Notes: a model not told the origin generated them from the sequence alone. A stretch of 64,000 nt of DNA from an uncultured bacterium (GCA_903822075.1 CAIJNK010000008.1:21961-85960), one strand, 5' to 3'; shown: positions 9,744 to 20,032, numbered from the stretch's first letter. A program made the numbers and translations.

Positions 9744-10496
9744 ATGTTTGATAAATATTTAAAAGAAATTGGTTTAAGTGAAAAAGAAGCGGAGGTATAT
9801 TTAGCCCTTTTACAAGGTGACAGTTTTTCGATATTGGAAATTGCCAAAAAAACAAAAATTAATAGAACAACAATTTATCCGGTAATCAAGTCATTATCGG
9901 AGAAAGGCTTGGTCAGCGAAACAACCACCAACACTAAAGTTCACTATCAAGCGGAATCTCCGGACCGCTTGGAAACATACATTGAAAGACAAAAAATTCT
10001 TTTGGAAGAAAATTCCAAGAAAATGAAGGACATCATACCCCAATTAAAAAGTACCAGGCGAGAAATGGGCGAGAGGCCGGTTGTAAAATATTTTGAGGGT
10101 AAAGAGGGAGTAATCAGCATTAATGAGGATATTTTTAAGGATCCGGAGCCACAAGAAAAGGCCTATATGATTTATTCCAAAGATTTGGTTGATGATGTGC
10201 TAAAAAACGAAGAAACGGCTAAGTTTAAGCATAAAAGGATTGACAGAAAGATCAAAGGCTTCTCCGTATACACCTATTCAAAAGGGGAAATACCCAGTGA
10301 TGAAACATCAACTAGAGTAAAAATTGACGGTAGCAAATATCCGATAAACTGCGATATCTCTGTCTACAAAGATAAGACCATAATTACAACCTTGAATAAA
10401 AAACTGGCGGGGATATACATTCAAAGCACCGATTTGGCTGAAACCTTAAAAAGTTTAATCAGAGTGATTCACGACTTAACAAACAACAAACAATAG
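9744..10496 (+). CDS. TrmB-like transcriptional regulator (paralog 2)
   Basis: HTH LKEIGLSEKEAEVYLALL; a 20-bp perfect palindrome lies upstream at 9613-9632; borders GC-rich island 1. Confidence 0.6.
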   Translation: MFDKYLKEIGLSEKEAEVYLALLQGDSFSILEIAKKTKINRTTIYPVIKSLSEKGLVSETTTNTKVHYQAESPDRLETYIERQKILLEENSKKMKDIIPQLKSTRREMGERPVVKYFEGKEGVISINEDIFKDPEPQEKAYMIYSKDLVDDVLKNEETAKFKHKRIDRKIKGFSVYTYSKGEIPSDETSTRVKIDGSKYPINCDISVYKDKTIITTLNKKLAGIYIQSTDLAETLKSLIRVIHDLTNNKQ

Positions 10497-10523
10497 TGCG
10501 CTCGCTTAGAGATACAATAAGAA

Positions 10524-10563
10524 AGGGGGTTCAGGAGACGACGTGTCACCCTGAACCCCCTTT
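10524..10563 (+). terminator. terminator hairpin
   Basis: 11-bp stem gggggttcagg / cctgaaccccc followed by TTT. Confidence 0.5.
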
Positions 10564-11107
10564 AAGCGTTTTCACGCAGTTCGCTCTGAGACTCCCATGA
10601 CGAGAACCTCAAAAAAAACGAATTTTACCGACTTACGATCTATCTATGTTTAGTCAAACATACCAGTTCCTCTCTTTCTGTTTAGCTCATATAATTGAGC
10701 CCCGAGCACAGCCATCTGCGCCTCATCCCCCTTAACACGTAAGGGGGAGGCCAGCTTGGCTGTTTAATCGTGCATATTGCCTCCCAATTTGGTTGTTAAC
10801 TACTCGCTGTTCAAAAAGCCTCTGCCAGAAAGTATAGCAGATTGAAATTAATTGTCAAGTAATTTTGACGTTTTTAGCCATTTTATGCACCACTGTGTCA
10901 AAATATGCCCTATTTATAAGGTTATTTTAACAAATAGGGCAAAATTATATGTTTTTGACTAAAAACAGACTAAAAATACCACAAAACATGCTAAATATAT
11001 GTCAAAATTTAGTATATTATGTTTATACTCATTGACATTATATACTATATTTTAGCTTTATTTATAGGCCTTTTTTTGGTTTTTAAAAAAGAAAATGTCA
11101 TTCTTAC

Positions 11108-11135
11108 TTGACAAAAATGTGAATATGAGTATACT
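11108..11135 (+). promoter_or_regulatory. sigma70-like promoter TTGACA-16-TATACT (island 1)
   Basis: Perfect -35 TTGACA at 11108-11113 and -10 TATACT at 11130-11135; an AGGAGG RBS lies downstream. Confidence 0.4.
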
Positions 11136-11176
11136 TACATCAGAAAGCAAAAAGTTCTCTCAAATAGGAGGTGGGT

Positions 11177-11434
11177 ATGGTTTTCAAAAAAGTCTACTTT
11201 GTGTGTATACATTGTGGGCACAAAAACTCACCACACCAAAGTCCGAGGAAGAGTTACCGGTTGGTAATTGCCAATCCACGGATTCAGTGCAGCGCGTGCA
11301 GGAGAGATTTCCAAGCAGATCTTGAAGATCTCTACCGAAAAAGTCCGCTGGCTTGCAGGATAAGGGAAGAACTGGAAGGAGAACAACATGCACTGGCTCA
11401 GACTACGACAAGAGAGAACAGCACTCCGGGTTGA
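11177..11434 (+). CDS. small zinc-ribbon protein (hypothetical)
   Basis: AGGAGG 5 nt upstream of the ATG; CIHCGH…CSACRR CxxC pairs. Confidence 0.45.
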   Translation: MVFKKVYFVCIHCGHKNSPHQSPRKSYRLVIANPRIQCSACRRDFQADLEDLYRKSPLACRIREELEGEQHALAQTTTRENSTPG

Positions 11435-11576
11435 ACGAATGGCCCTCGGAGAAGAACATAGAAAAAGCTGGTTATGGAGATTGCTCGAATACATCTTCGA
11501 GTAAGACCAGCGAAAGGGTGGAGTAAACCATCCTGAAACTGAAACAAACAACGGCGGGTAGATGTTCTACCCGTCT

Positions 11577-11641
11577 ATCCGTCGCAAGATATGTATCTTG
11601 CCTGATGAGTCCTTCACTTAGACGTTCAGGACGAAACGGAA
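11577..11641 (+). ncRNA. hammerhead ribozyme motif HHR1 (type III)
   Basis: GUC cleavage triplet; stem I hairpin gcaagata-tgt-atcttgc; CUGAUGA; stem II gtcct…aggac; GAAAC; a 5-bp stem III (tccgt/acgga) pairs with the upstream flank. Confidence 0.8.
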
Positions 11642-11666
11642 AAGATCTTTGAGAAAATGAAAATAA

Positions 11667-11717
11667 CACCTGCGCCGGATTGTTCTGAAATTATTTCAGA
11701 TTGATCCGGTGCAGGTG
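11667..11717 (+). other. long near-perfect hairpin A in HHR1-downstream leader
   Basis: Arms cacctgcgccggat / atccggtgcaggtg with one G·U pair, plus an inner tctgaaat/atttcaga stem. Confidence 0.5.
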
Positions 11718-12068
11718 TGCGCAGACACCCTAGCATGTATGTGCGGTCCCTAAACTCATCAACTTGACATCCTAGGTTGGGTTGGGTATAGGGCTACCGA
11801 CAATTCTTTCACCTCAGGAAAAGTTTTCCTGTTGCCGAAGGAGGGCATGACCAAACTTCGTTTACCGACGAAGCGCCTTCTGGAAAGAATACGGGGTGTG
11901 TAACCGACAGAAGGAGCAAATTGCCTCTTTCTAAACGGGCGGTGCCGTTCGCTTACACATTTCATGGATATAGGGGCCTTTACTCCGGTCAGGGGTCAAG
12001 GTTAGTAAAGTCCAGCTGCGCAATTTTTCAAACATTAACCATAGACAAAACTCAACGAAAGGGAATAA

Positions 12069-12365
12069 ATGAGTACCAGTTATGGTCACGCAACAGTCGC
12101 TTTCCCGGGATTTCCACCAGTCACGGGAAACACGGTAAATGACCGGGTCCTCTTTGCGAATTATCACTGGGGGTATAAAGTTGAATCCTTTCTTCCAGTG
12201 AGAACTCTAAAGTTCGCCGACGGTACGAAACGCCGCCTCTCCAAAAAAGAGCGCAGCCGCTTACTCACACTTTCTCGAAAGTGGAACAAGCACGGCCAGT
12301 GGGATTATACCCAAAATAAACGCCACCGGCCGTTTCGAACCATCGAAGAGGTGAACGACTACTAG
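12069..12365 (+). CDS. hypothetical protein (weakly supported)
   Basis: 98-aa ORF between HHR1 and HHR2; weak SD. Confidence 0.3.
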   Translation: MSTSYGHATVAFPGFPPVTGNTVNDRVLFANYHWGYKVESFLPVRTLKFADGTKRRLSKKERSRLLTLSRKWNKHGQWDYTQNKRHRPFRTIEEVNDY

Positions 12366-12527
12366 CTTCCGGGAGATCTGAGAGACAGATCGCCATGAAC
12401 CGGACGAGGTAGAGAAAACTACCTTTGGAACAGAAGCGACTACGGGCACATCACTCTACATAATGTCCCGAAAGTAAAATCCGTGAAAAAAATCACGTTA
12501 ATCATCCGAATACGCAAGGTATTCGGG

Positions 12528-12578
12528 TCTGTCTCACGATGTGTGTCGTGACTGATGAGCTCAAAAGAGCGAAACAGA
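12528..12578 (+). ncRNA. hammerhead ribozyme motif HHR2
   Basis: GUC triplet; stem I tcacga-tgtgtg-tcgtga; CUGAUGA; stem II gctc-aaaa-gagc; GAAAC; 5-bp stem III; preceded by the 8-bp hairpin ccgaatac/gtattcgg. Confidence 0.8.
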
Positions 12579-12602
12579 AAAGATCTTTGAGAATAAATAT
12601 TT

Positions 12603-12665
12603 GTCCTGCGTCTAGATTAGAAATTATTACCTGATTTTTAATCTAGACGCAGGACTCTTGCAGGG
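12603..12665 (+). other. 17-bp perfect-stem hairpin B downstream of HHR2
   Basis: gtcctgcgtctagatta … taatctagacgcaggac with a 29-nt AU-rich loop. Confidence 0.55.
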
Positions 12666-12909
12666 GTTGGACGTCTTTTGTTCACCGGTTTTCGCGAGCC
12701 GGTAACCGAATAGTATAAGGTTCGGAGCAGAGATCAGTCTCTGATAGGGGCAATGGGTCACCCTCAACCTGCACGACATAGAGATGCCGATAGTTCAAGC
12801 CTGATGTGAAGATTGTGTGGCTCCATTGTGGGCCCCAGCTTTACAAAAACGGTTTGATCATCTCTCGAGAGGGTAGCATTATGTCTGACCAACATTCTGC
12901 CCCCTCTCG

Positions 12910-12977
12910 TTTCTGTACGGGAGTATGTTCTCTCGCTGATGAGTCCTTCGCTTAGGCGTTCAGGATGAAACAGAAAA
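12910..12977 (+). ncRNA. hammerhead ribozyme motif HHR3
   Basis: GUA triplet; stem I cgggag-tatgtt-ctctcg; CUGAUGA; stem II gtcc…ggat; GAAAC; 7-bp stem III; the 12912-12986 stretch is identical to the HHR4 copy. Confidence 0.8.
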
Positions 12978-13002
12978 GATCTTTCAAACAAAGGGAGCTA
13001 AT

Positions 13003-13584
13003 ATGTTTTCAAGCAAAATCGGCAAAGGCAAGTTGTCAGTGAAAAAAGAATTCGCTGTCACCCTGCCCAAGGAGGCCAAGAAGTGGGATGACTACCGGTC
13101 GGAGATCGTGGAAGCTTTCCATACCTTGGGTGGAGTGCGGGGGATCATGGGCGTGACCGGTCTGCGTCAGACTCAGGCGTATTTACTGGCGGCGAAATTT
13201 GGATTGATTATCGAAAAAGCCGTCCGAAGGAACAGCCAAGTTTACGCCAGACGACGGATGAACAACCTCGAGCACTTAAGAAATGTTTGGGGCTGGCGGC
13301 CGGGGGATGACACAGTAACTTTGAAAAATGGGCGACACTATGCCGCTAACCGCAGTTTTATGGCTGGCAGATCGCATTTCAAAGAAGGTGAAGTCTTCGT
13401 CCAGTACTCTCTGCCTACAGGGAAAGTCCGCGAGTATTTGCTGGCTCACGGAGTTAAATGGTGGATTGCCGGAGTGGAAATGGTTCCAGTCGATGCGGTC
13501 AAAGGAGAGGGGGCCTCTCTTTCCATGAAACTGGAGACTTCGCATTTTGCCAAGGTTGATTGTCAACCCATAAAACAATCTTGA
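13003..13584 (+). CDS. hypothetical protein (island 1)
   Basis: 193 aa; SD AAAGGGAG; lies immediately downstream of HHR3; GC-rich codon usage. Confidence 0.55.
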   Translation: MFSSKIGKGKLSVKKEFAVTLPKEAKKWDDYRSEIVEAFHTLGGVRGIMGVTGLRQTQAYLLAAKFGLIIEKAVRRNSQVYARRRMNNLEHLRNVWGWRPGDDTVTLKNGRHYAANRSFMAGRSHFKEGEVFVQYSLPTGKVREYLLAHGVKWWIAGVEMVPVDAVKGEGASLSMKLETSHFAKVDCQPIKQS

Positions 13585-13611
13585 GTTCCAGATACTCAAA
13601 AATAAAATCTG

Positions 13612-13675
13612 TCTGTACGGGAGTATGTTCTCTCGCTGATGAGTCCTTCGCTTAGGCGTTCAGGATGAAACAGAA
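13612..13675 (+). ncRNA. hammerhead ribozyme motif HHR4
   Basis: Exact repeat of the HHR3 core (13612-13686 matches 12912-12986). Confidence 0.8.
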
Positions 13676-13723
13676 AAGATCTTTCGGGAAAATTAGAAAC
13701 AAAACAGCAGAAGGAGAGAAGCT

Positions 13724-14014
13724 ATGCCTAAGATTAAGTTCTCGTCGAATTTCTTGCAGGAACGCCGGATCCGTCTTGGCTTTGAACCCTGCGAGGTAGC
13801 GAGGCTGGTGGGAGTCAAGCTCGATACTTACCGACAGTGGGAATGCCGCGGGGAAATCCCCGAGAAACATCTGCCACAGTTGGCCGCCGCGCTTCAGATT
13901 CCGGAGAACGAACTGAAGGCCGAGAAGGTGGCAGTGCTGGTGGAGGCGATGTTGGGAATCCCTCGGCAGGAAACCCACGGCTTCATCAACCGAATGTTGC
14001 GCGGAAATGCGTAG
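13724..14014 (+). CDS. HTH (XRE-like) domain protein
   Basis: SD AAGGAGAG; LGFEPCEVARLVGVKLDTYRQWE helix-turn-helix; 96 aa. Confidence 0.5.
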   Translation: MPKIKFSSNFLQERRIRLGFEPCEVARLVGVKLDTYRQWECRGEIPEKHLPQLAAALQIPENELKAEKVAVLVEAMLGIPRQETHGFINRMLRGNA

Positions 14015-14026
14015 CCGGATAACACC

Positions 14027-14053
14027 CCCCGAGCAGAAATGCTCGGGGTTTTC
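14027..14053 (+). terminator. rho-independent terminator closing island 1
   Basis: Stem ccccgagc / gctcgggg followed by TTTT. Confidence 0.55.
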
Positions 14054-14090
14054 TATACGAAAAAAGTTTGGAGTGTGCTAGACTTGAAAG

Positions 14091-15659
14091 ATGAAAGCCT
14101 CGAGATTATTTTTTCAGAAAAGAAATATTTTTGTCTTGGCCTCTTTTATTGCCGGTTTTTCTTTGATGACAGTAGAACTGACTGCTTCCCGGATAATTGC
14201 CCCACTGATTGGTAGTTCTATTTTTACCTGGACCGCCGTCATTGGAGTCATACTCTTAGGCTTGGCCATCGGCAGTTACTTGGGCGGAAAAATCTCGGAT
14301 AAATATTCTGATAAACCTATTCTTGGCTTGACTTTTATTTCCGCCTCCATCACGGTCTTTATTGTGAACTACCTGGCCGCCCACACCCTCTGGCTAATAA
14401 ACAATCTTAATTCAATCGGGGTTCTGTCACTAATTTTAGTGTCCTATCTTTTTTTAATGCCGGCAATTATTCTTGGCGGAATCCAACCAATTATCTTGAA
14501 AGAATACGCCAAAGATTTTTCCCACATCGGCGCTGAATACGGCCTTTTATCCTCGTCCTGGTCTTTGGGGAGTATTTTGGGGGTATTTCTGACCGGTTTT
14601 TTTCTTATTTCTTACGTGGGTAGCGCGGAGACAATTTTTCTTATCTCCCTAACCCTGGCCATCCTGGCTTTAGTTTTCTGCATTATTGGAAAAAACAAGG
14701 ATTTAATTTATCTGTCTGCCATTATGATTTTATTTATAGTTACAGCTCTGGCTATCCAGGCCGGAATAAAAATCTCGGACAAGAATATCCTGTTTGAAAA
14801 AGAAACGGCCTATTACAAGGCCAGAGTAGTTGATTTTAATTATCCGGGTGTGGGTCAGACGAGAGGTTTTTTTTTAGACTTTGATTCTCACAGTCTGGAA
14901 ACAAAAAATACCATCCCAAATTTCTACACGGAAATATACCCAGCTTTTAGTGTCTTTAAGAATGATTTAAAAAATATTTTAGTAATCGGCGGTGGTGCCT
15001 ACACCTTGCCAAAAAATCTGGCAAGCTTTTATTCTGACTCAAGTGTAAAAGTGTGGGAGATAGATCCCGCAGTGCCAAAGCTTGCCGAAAAGTACTTTAA
15101 CCTCAATCCGCAGAAGATACACACCACGATCGGGGACGCCCGCTACCTGATAAAAAAAGACAAAGCAACCTACGACCTAATTTATGGTGATGCTTATAAC
15201 TCTTTCATCTCCGTCCCCGGCCATCTATTGACCAAAGAGTGGAATACCGAAGTCAAAAACCATCTTTCGAGTGGCGGAATATACGCGATTAATTTTATTG
15301 GCTCTCTCACGGGAGAAAAATCTATTTTATTCAAAAGCATCCTGAACACTTTTACCCAAACTTTTGGCAACTATTATATTTTTTCTTTTGGCAACAGCCC
15401 AGAAGAAATCCAAAGTATCACCATCTTGGGCGTGAATGACAATATTAAAAGAAACGGAACAGACTTGGTAGAAATACTCGGTCGGGGAATGAATCCGTTT
15501 TTAGCCCAAAAGTTAATTAGCGAACCGCAAAAATATCTCGATCCTAGAGCCATAATTTTGACCGATGATTATTACCCGACGGAGAGATTAATGTTGCCGG
15601 TAGTTACGGATTATTTTCCCAAGTTTGTCTCTTTTACAAAAAACGTCTTCGGTAATTAA
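14091..15659 (+). CDS. fused polytopic membrane domain / spermidine-synthase-like methyltransferase
   Basis: About 7 N-terminal TM helices; C-terminal VIGGGAYTL…DLIYGDAY aminopropyltransferase fold. Confidence 0.6.
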   Translation: MKASRLFFQKRNIFVLASFIAGFSLMTVELTASRIIAPLIGSSIFTWTAVIGVILLGLAIGSYLGGKISDKYSDKPILGLTFISASITVFIVNYLAAHTLWLINNLNSIGVLSLILVSYLFLMPAIILGGIQPIILKEYAKDFSHIGAEYGLLSSSWSLGSILGVFLTGFFLISYVGSAETIFLISLTLAILALVFCIIGKNKDLIYLSAIMILFIVTALAIQAGIKISDKNILFEKETAYYKARVVDFNYPGVGQTRGFFLDFDSHSLETKNTIPNFYTEIYPAFSVFKNDLKNILVIGGGAYTLPKNLASFYSDSSVKVWEIDPAVPKLAEKYFNLNPQKIHTTIGDARYLIKKDKATYDLIYGDAYNSFISVPGHLLTKEWNTEVKNHLSSGGIYAINFIGSLTGEKSILFKSILNTFTQTFGNYYIFSFGNSPEEIQSITILGVNDNIKRNGTDLVEILGRGMNPFLAQKLISEPQKYLDPRAIILTDDYYPTERLMLPVVTDYFPKFVSFTKNVFGN

Positions 15660-15678
15660 CTTCAACAACTCCAATAAT

Positions 15679-16443
15679 TTATTTGAGTTCCAACCAGACC
15701 GGACAATGATCAGAGCCGAAAATATTTTCGAGTATTTTAGCAGATTTGAGACGAGAAAGAAGGTTGGGGGAGATAAAAAAATAATCCAAACGCCAACCCA
15801 CATTCCGGTCCCGGGCAAAAGTCTTCATATCCCACCAGGAATATTTTACTTCGGTTGGGTACAGATAACGAAAAGTATCCACGTAACCGTTAGAAATAAC
15901 TTTATCCAACCAGTCCCGCTCGATTCGCAAAAAACCGGTATTCTCTTCGTTTTCTTTTGGCCGAGCCAAATCAATTTCATTGTGCGCCGTGTTCACGTCC
16001 CCGCAGAAGATCACCGAGAAACCTTTCTTTTGTAAATTCTCAATATAATTAAAAAATTCTTTGTAGAATTCCAGCTTGAAAGCCAAGCGTTCAGGCCCCC
16101 CACCACCGTTTGGAAAATAACAGGTGATAACCACCATCTTTCCGAAAAAAGCAGCCAGAAACCTTCCTTCTTGGTCTAAATCAAACTTACCCATAGCATC
16201 TTCCACCTTATCCGGCTTAATTTTGCTGTAAATAGCCACGCCGCTATAACCTTTACGCATTTTAGAATGATCAAAATAGGAAAAATAACCGGCTGGATGA
16301 CGCAGTTCTTCGGGCAAATCATCCGGGTGTGCTTTTGTTTCCTGCAAGCAGATAATGTCAGGGTCAAGCTCAAACAGCTGATTCCATTTATCTTTTTTAT
16401 ACACGGCCCGCAAACCATTTACGTTCCAGGATAAAAGTTTCAT
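15679..16443 (-). CDS. xth: exodeoxyribonuclease III
   Basis: MKLLSWNVNGLRA…QETK…GDVNTAHNEIDL…SDHCPV, the EEP nuclease signature. Confidence 0.85.
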   Translation of the reverse strand: MKLLSWNVNGLRAVYKKDKWNQLFELDPDIICLQETKAHPDDLPEELRHPAGYFSYFDHSKMRKGYSGVAIYSKIKPDKVEDAMGKFDLDQEGRFLAAFFGKMVVITCYFPNGGGGPERLAFKLEFYKEFFNYIENLQKKGFSVIFCGDVNTAHNEIDLARPKENEENTGFLRIERDWLDKVISNGYVDTFRYLYPTEVKYSWWDMKTFARDRNVGWRLDYFFISPNLLSRLKSAKILENIFGSDHCPVWLELK

Positions 16444-16465
16444 ACGTTAATAATAGCACAAATCC

Positions 16466-17467
16466 TTAGCCTTTATTATGAAACTTTTTGTGGATGTCGC
16501 GGAGGTGCTTGTCCGTCACATGGGTATAAATCTGGGTGGTCATGATGCTGGAGTGGCCAAGCATGCTTTGCACGGAGCGCAAATCTGCCCCATTACTAAG
16601 CAAATCAGTGGCAAAAACGTGCCGGATAACGTGGGGAGTGACTTTTTTGGTAATGCCAGCAATCGTCGCATAGCGTTTAACAATTCTTTCGATGGAGACA
16701 GTGGTCAGACCTTTGTTTATTTCCGCTCCGCCCCGAAGTTTGGCGGGCTTTCTTTGATATTCTCGCACTCCGCTCACGGGAACAAACAAAGCGTCAGACA
16801 TATCCTTACGTAGAGCCAAATATTGTCGGATGGCGTCTTTGGCTTCATCGGATAGAAAAACCACGCGGACTTTACCGCCTTTGCCCCGAATGGAAAATTC
16901 ATCCAGTTTTATATCCAAATCTCGGCCCAGGGAACACAGCTCGGCTACACGCAAGCCGGTAGAGAAAAGCAACTCTAAGATAGCCCGATCTCGGAAACGG
17001 CGTTCCGGATTTTCTTCCTGATTAGGCGCATCAAGCAAGCGCTGCAGCTCTTTTAGGGAAATCAGGTCAATGGAACGTTCACCCACTTTGGCTAATTCAA
17101 TATTATCGGCAGGGAGGGAAGTGACGCCTCGGCGCGCCAAGAACTTAAGAAAGACACGTAGGGCAATCAGGTAATAGTTCTGGGTTTTTCGGCTTAGGCT
17201 CCCACCGGCTTGCCCCTGCTCACCAAAGGAGTGATAAGCCTTGGCTCCAGGCCGCCGGTTCAGCCAGAGACGAAAGTCACGTACTTTTTCATTGGTAATA
17301 TCTTTGGGGTCAGTGAGCTTGGTCTGACTCAGGAATAAGCTCAGATAACGGTCGTACCGATCGACGGTTTTGAGCGCTCGCCCTTTTTCAATTTCAATAT
17401 ATTCCAGGAATCGAGTTTTGAGTTCATTCAAATTGTTACTCATGGTACTAATTATATCATGTTGCAC
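16466..17467 (-). CDS. tyrosine site-specific recombinase XerC/XerD-like
   Basis: C-terminal HVIRHVFATDLL…LGHSSIMTTQIYTHV catalytic R-H-R-Y motifs. Confidence 0.8.
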   Translation of the reverse strand: MQHDIISTMSNNLNELKTRFLEYIEIEKGRALKTVDRYDRYLSLFLSQTKLTDPKDITNEKVRDFRLWLNRRPGAKAYHSFGEQGQAGGSLSRKTQNYYLIALRVFLKFLARRGVTSLPADNIELAKVGERSIDLISLKELQRLLDAPNQEENPERRFRDRAILELLFSTGLRVAELCSLGRDLDIKLDEFSIRGKGGKVRVVFLSDEAKDAIRQYLALRKDMSDALFVPVSGVREYQRKPAKLRGGAEINKGLTTVSIERIVKRYATIAGITKKVTPHVIRHVFATDLLSNGADLRSVQSMLGHSSIMTTQIYTHVTDKHLRDIHKKFHNKG

Positions 17468-17535
17468 AATAATTTGTGTTTTTAAATTTTTAATGTGCTA
17501 TTATATAGAATATTATTAGAATAAATTAAAAATAT

Positions 17536-20028
17536 ATGACTATTGAAAGTTCTGCGCAAGGAACCGGTCCTCAACAAGAAACTCCGCCATCAGACGAGGC
17601 ATTACTCGGTGTGCCTAACAAAGGAAAGAGGAAGCTTCGCCTTGCAAGCGCGGCCGCGGCAGAGACTGCTCAAAATCCAGGTTCAACTGATGACACGTTA
17701 GCTAGGGCGCTGGAAGATCTTGCTCAACCAAAAGATGTGACACAGGCTCCGCCACCGGCGGCCGAACCGGTAAGAGTTGGCACCGAACAAAAGGAGAATC
17801 CTTTGGATATTCTAGCCGGTATCAGCCAGGAACAAACAGTCGCCGGTATACTAGAGCGCGTGCGGAAAGCTTATGACAATGAGAAAAAAGAAGAAGACAG
17901 AAGCTATTATACGCTCATCCTGGATACATTGGAGCAAATCAACAAGAAAGTTGGCGATCCGAAGGTAAAAATAGCGGCAGACCTTATCGATAGGCTCTCT
18001 GAAAGTTACGGGTTAAGAGAAACCGTTGTAAAGATCCTGAAACAGGAGAGAAAATATAAGGAGGCAGCGCCAATCAAAGAAAAAACAGACCGGCGGGGGG
18101 AGCAAAAAGAAACGGACGTGGAAAGTTTAAATAAAATCAAAGACGCAAAAAGTATGGCGGAGATAATCACCTTGGTAGAACAAGCTGGCGGATTAATAGA
18201 TGACCAAGGTACGTTCTCAGAAGTACCAATGCGTAAGGGTTACCTGCAAAATGTTGAACATGACGCTTCGATTTATTCCAAAGCCAAGGAAGCTGGGACA
18301 GAACAAACACCGGAAATAGCCCAAATCAAGAAAGAGTTGCTGTTTTTATTAGGCCAATTACCTGAAAAATATAGTCTGAAAGCAAAAGTAATTGAGATAT
18401 TGGGATTAGGAGAACTTGTCTCCCCTCAAAAGAAAGGAAGGGTTGAGGAACCGGGAGAAGCTGAAAGAAAGCAAGCCGAGGCTACTCCTGAACCGGTGAC
18501 GGCTGAAGCGGTATTGGCTTTTATCAATCAATCACCGGACAACATGAGTGTCCGCGCAATTATGAGTAAATTCGGCGCCGATGAAGATACCGCCAAAGAA
18601 TATTTGAAAAAATCCTTGGGGGTGGAGACAAAAAAAGAAGGGGCGGAAGAAACCACCGGAGAGACAAGAGCACAAGAGGAAGAAACTCCCGAAGAAAGCA
18701 CCGCCGAAAAAATAGATCTCGCTGACGACAAGATTGAAGGTTTAAACAAAGCTTTTGATACGCCCGGTTTCCTAGAATTTCTGGCAAAAAATCCGGATAA
18801 GAAATTTGATATTGAGGATACCAACAACGCTGAGGCGATACTGAAAATGTACGAGGCCTTCCAAGTCAAAGAACAAGTTTCTAAAGGACTCAAAGGAATA
18901 GTTATTGAGGGCCTGAATGATGTGGTGGGAGTGGGAGACGCCGAATCAGTCTCTTGCCTTGATGATTATTTGAACTCTAAAAATTATGAGGATCCAGAAA
19001 TACTACTAGCACACAAGAAACAATTAGATACTCTGGTAGACGGAAGGAATGAGATTGCCCAATTACAGGAACAAGTGAAGGAAATAACCGCCAGCCTGCC
19101 ATTAGGAAAAGTGACTACCCCCGAAGAGGCCGACCTCGAAGCTTTATATACCCCGATTGACGCCAGCTTTATCGGCCCCGTCGGACGAAAGATTCTCTCT
19201 CAGTTTGCTTCAACCGGAAAAATATTTGAAATAATGAAGGAGGACTCCGCAAAAGACTCTGGCAGTGGACGGATTTGGCGCGATATTTACCGCGGCGGGG
19301 TTATAGGACTAAAACTCTTTTTTGCCGATGTTCCTTATGCTCTCTATCAATTAACCAGGATCCGCTCTGCTGAAAATGTAAAAAATAAGGAAGAAGCACG
19401 GGGTAAAATCGAGAAGATCACCGGCGAAAAATATTCCAGTGCCTCGGTTGGAAAATTTTTGGAAAAAATGCTGGAACAAAAGGAAAAATCTGCGCAAATT
19501 GGAGCGCTTGACGGAAAAATTGGTGGCGAAACTTTTATTTATGAAATATTTAAGGAGAGACTGGCCGCTGAGCTGATGAAGATAGAAGGTATTTCCGAGG
19601 GGGCCGGCCAGACGATCAAAAAAACCATCCGAAATGTCTTGTCCAACAAAAACTTTGATTTGAGCTCGACGGAAAAAGCGCAAGACCTGTTGGAGAAAGC
19701 AGAAAGAGCAGTGGCGCAAGGTGACGGTTTAAGTTTCTTGGGTGAGGACGAACTGGCAGTGCTGCAGGCAGAAATTGATAAGCGAGCCCAGGAGATTGTT
19801 CTGGCTCAGATTAAGAATGCTTTTGAACTTAACAAAAAAACCAAGGGTCCATTTACTAATATTGAAAAAGCTCTAAAAGGGATCCTGGAAAAAACAAGAA
19901 TAGGTTCGAAGGAGGGGGATGGGGTTAGAAAAACAATAAAAGAAGCTTTGGTCGAAGTGGCAAAAAGATGTAATGATCCGGTCATCAGTATTAAAGCTAA
20001 GGCATTCATATTAACTAATAAATTGTAA
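17536..20028 (+). CDS. large acidic coiled-coil hypothetical protein
   Basis: 830-aa K/E-rich ORF with an uninterrupted reading frame. Confidence 0.5.
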   Translation: MTIESSAQGTGPQQETPPSDEALLGVPNKGKRKLRLASAAAAETAQNPGSTDDTLARALEDLAQPKDVTQAPPPAAEPVRVGTEQKENPLDILAGISQEQTVAGILERVRKAYDNEKKEEDRSYYTLILDTLEQINKKVGDPKVKIAADLIDRLSESYGLRETVVKILKQERKYKEAAPIKEKTDRRGEQKETDVESLNKIKDAKSMAEIITLVEQAGGLIDDQGTFSEVPMRKGYLQNVEHDASIYSKAKEAGTEQTPEIAQIKKELLFLLGQLPEKYSLKAKVIEILGLGELVSPQKKGRVEEPGEAERKQAEATPEPVTAEAVLAFINQSPDNMSVRAIMSKFGADEDTAKEYLKKSLGVETKKEGAEETTGETRAQEEETPEESTAEKIDLADDKIEGLNKAFDTPGFLEFLAKNPDKKFDIEDTNNAEAILKMYEAFQVKEQVSKGLKGIVIEGLNDVVGVGDAESVSCLDDYLNSKNYEDPEILLAHKKQLDTLVDGRNEIAQLQEQVKEITASLPLGKVTTPEEADLEALYTPIDASFIGPVGRKILSQFASTGKIFEIMKEDSAKDSGSGRIWRDIYRGGVIGLKLFFADVPYALYQLTRIRSAENVKNKEEARGKIEKITGEKYSSASVGKFLEKMLEQKEKSAQIGALDGKIGGETFIYEIFKERLAAELMKIEGISEGAGQTIKKTIRNVLSNKNFDLSSTEKAQDLLEKAERAVAQGDGLSFLGEDELAVLQAEIDKRAQEIVLAQIKNAFELNKKTKGPFTNIEKALKGILEKTRIGSKEGDGVRKTIKEALVEVAKRCNDPVISIKAKAFILTNKL

Positions 20029-20032
20029 AGAA

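Noticed and set aside
10500-11100. Possible CRISPR array or small-RNA repeats in the AT-rich region (repeated gtcaaaat / ttgaca-like words and the palindrome gccctattt…aaatagggc)
   Set aside because: There are no regularly spaced direct repeats. The pattern is more consistent with promoter and operator clutter, and I cannot assign a function.
11472-11669. Minus-strand ORFs overlapping hammerhead motifs (11472-11669, 12764-12991, 13652-13978, 27946-28200, 28262-28465, 28625-28912, 30367-30607, 31606-32046)
   Set aside because: They are antisense to structured ribozyme and hairpin sequence and carry no RBS; they are reverse-frame artefacts of GC-rich structured RNA.
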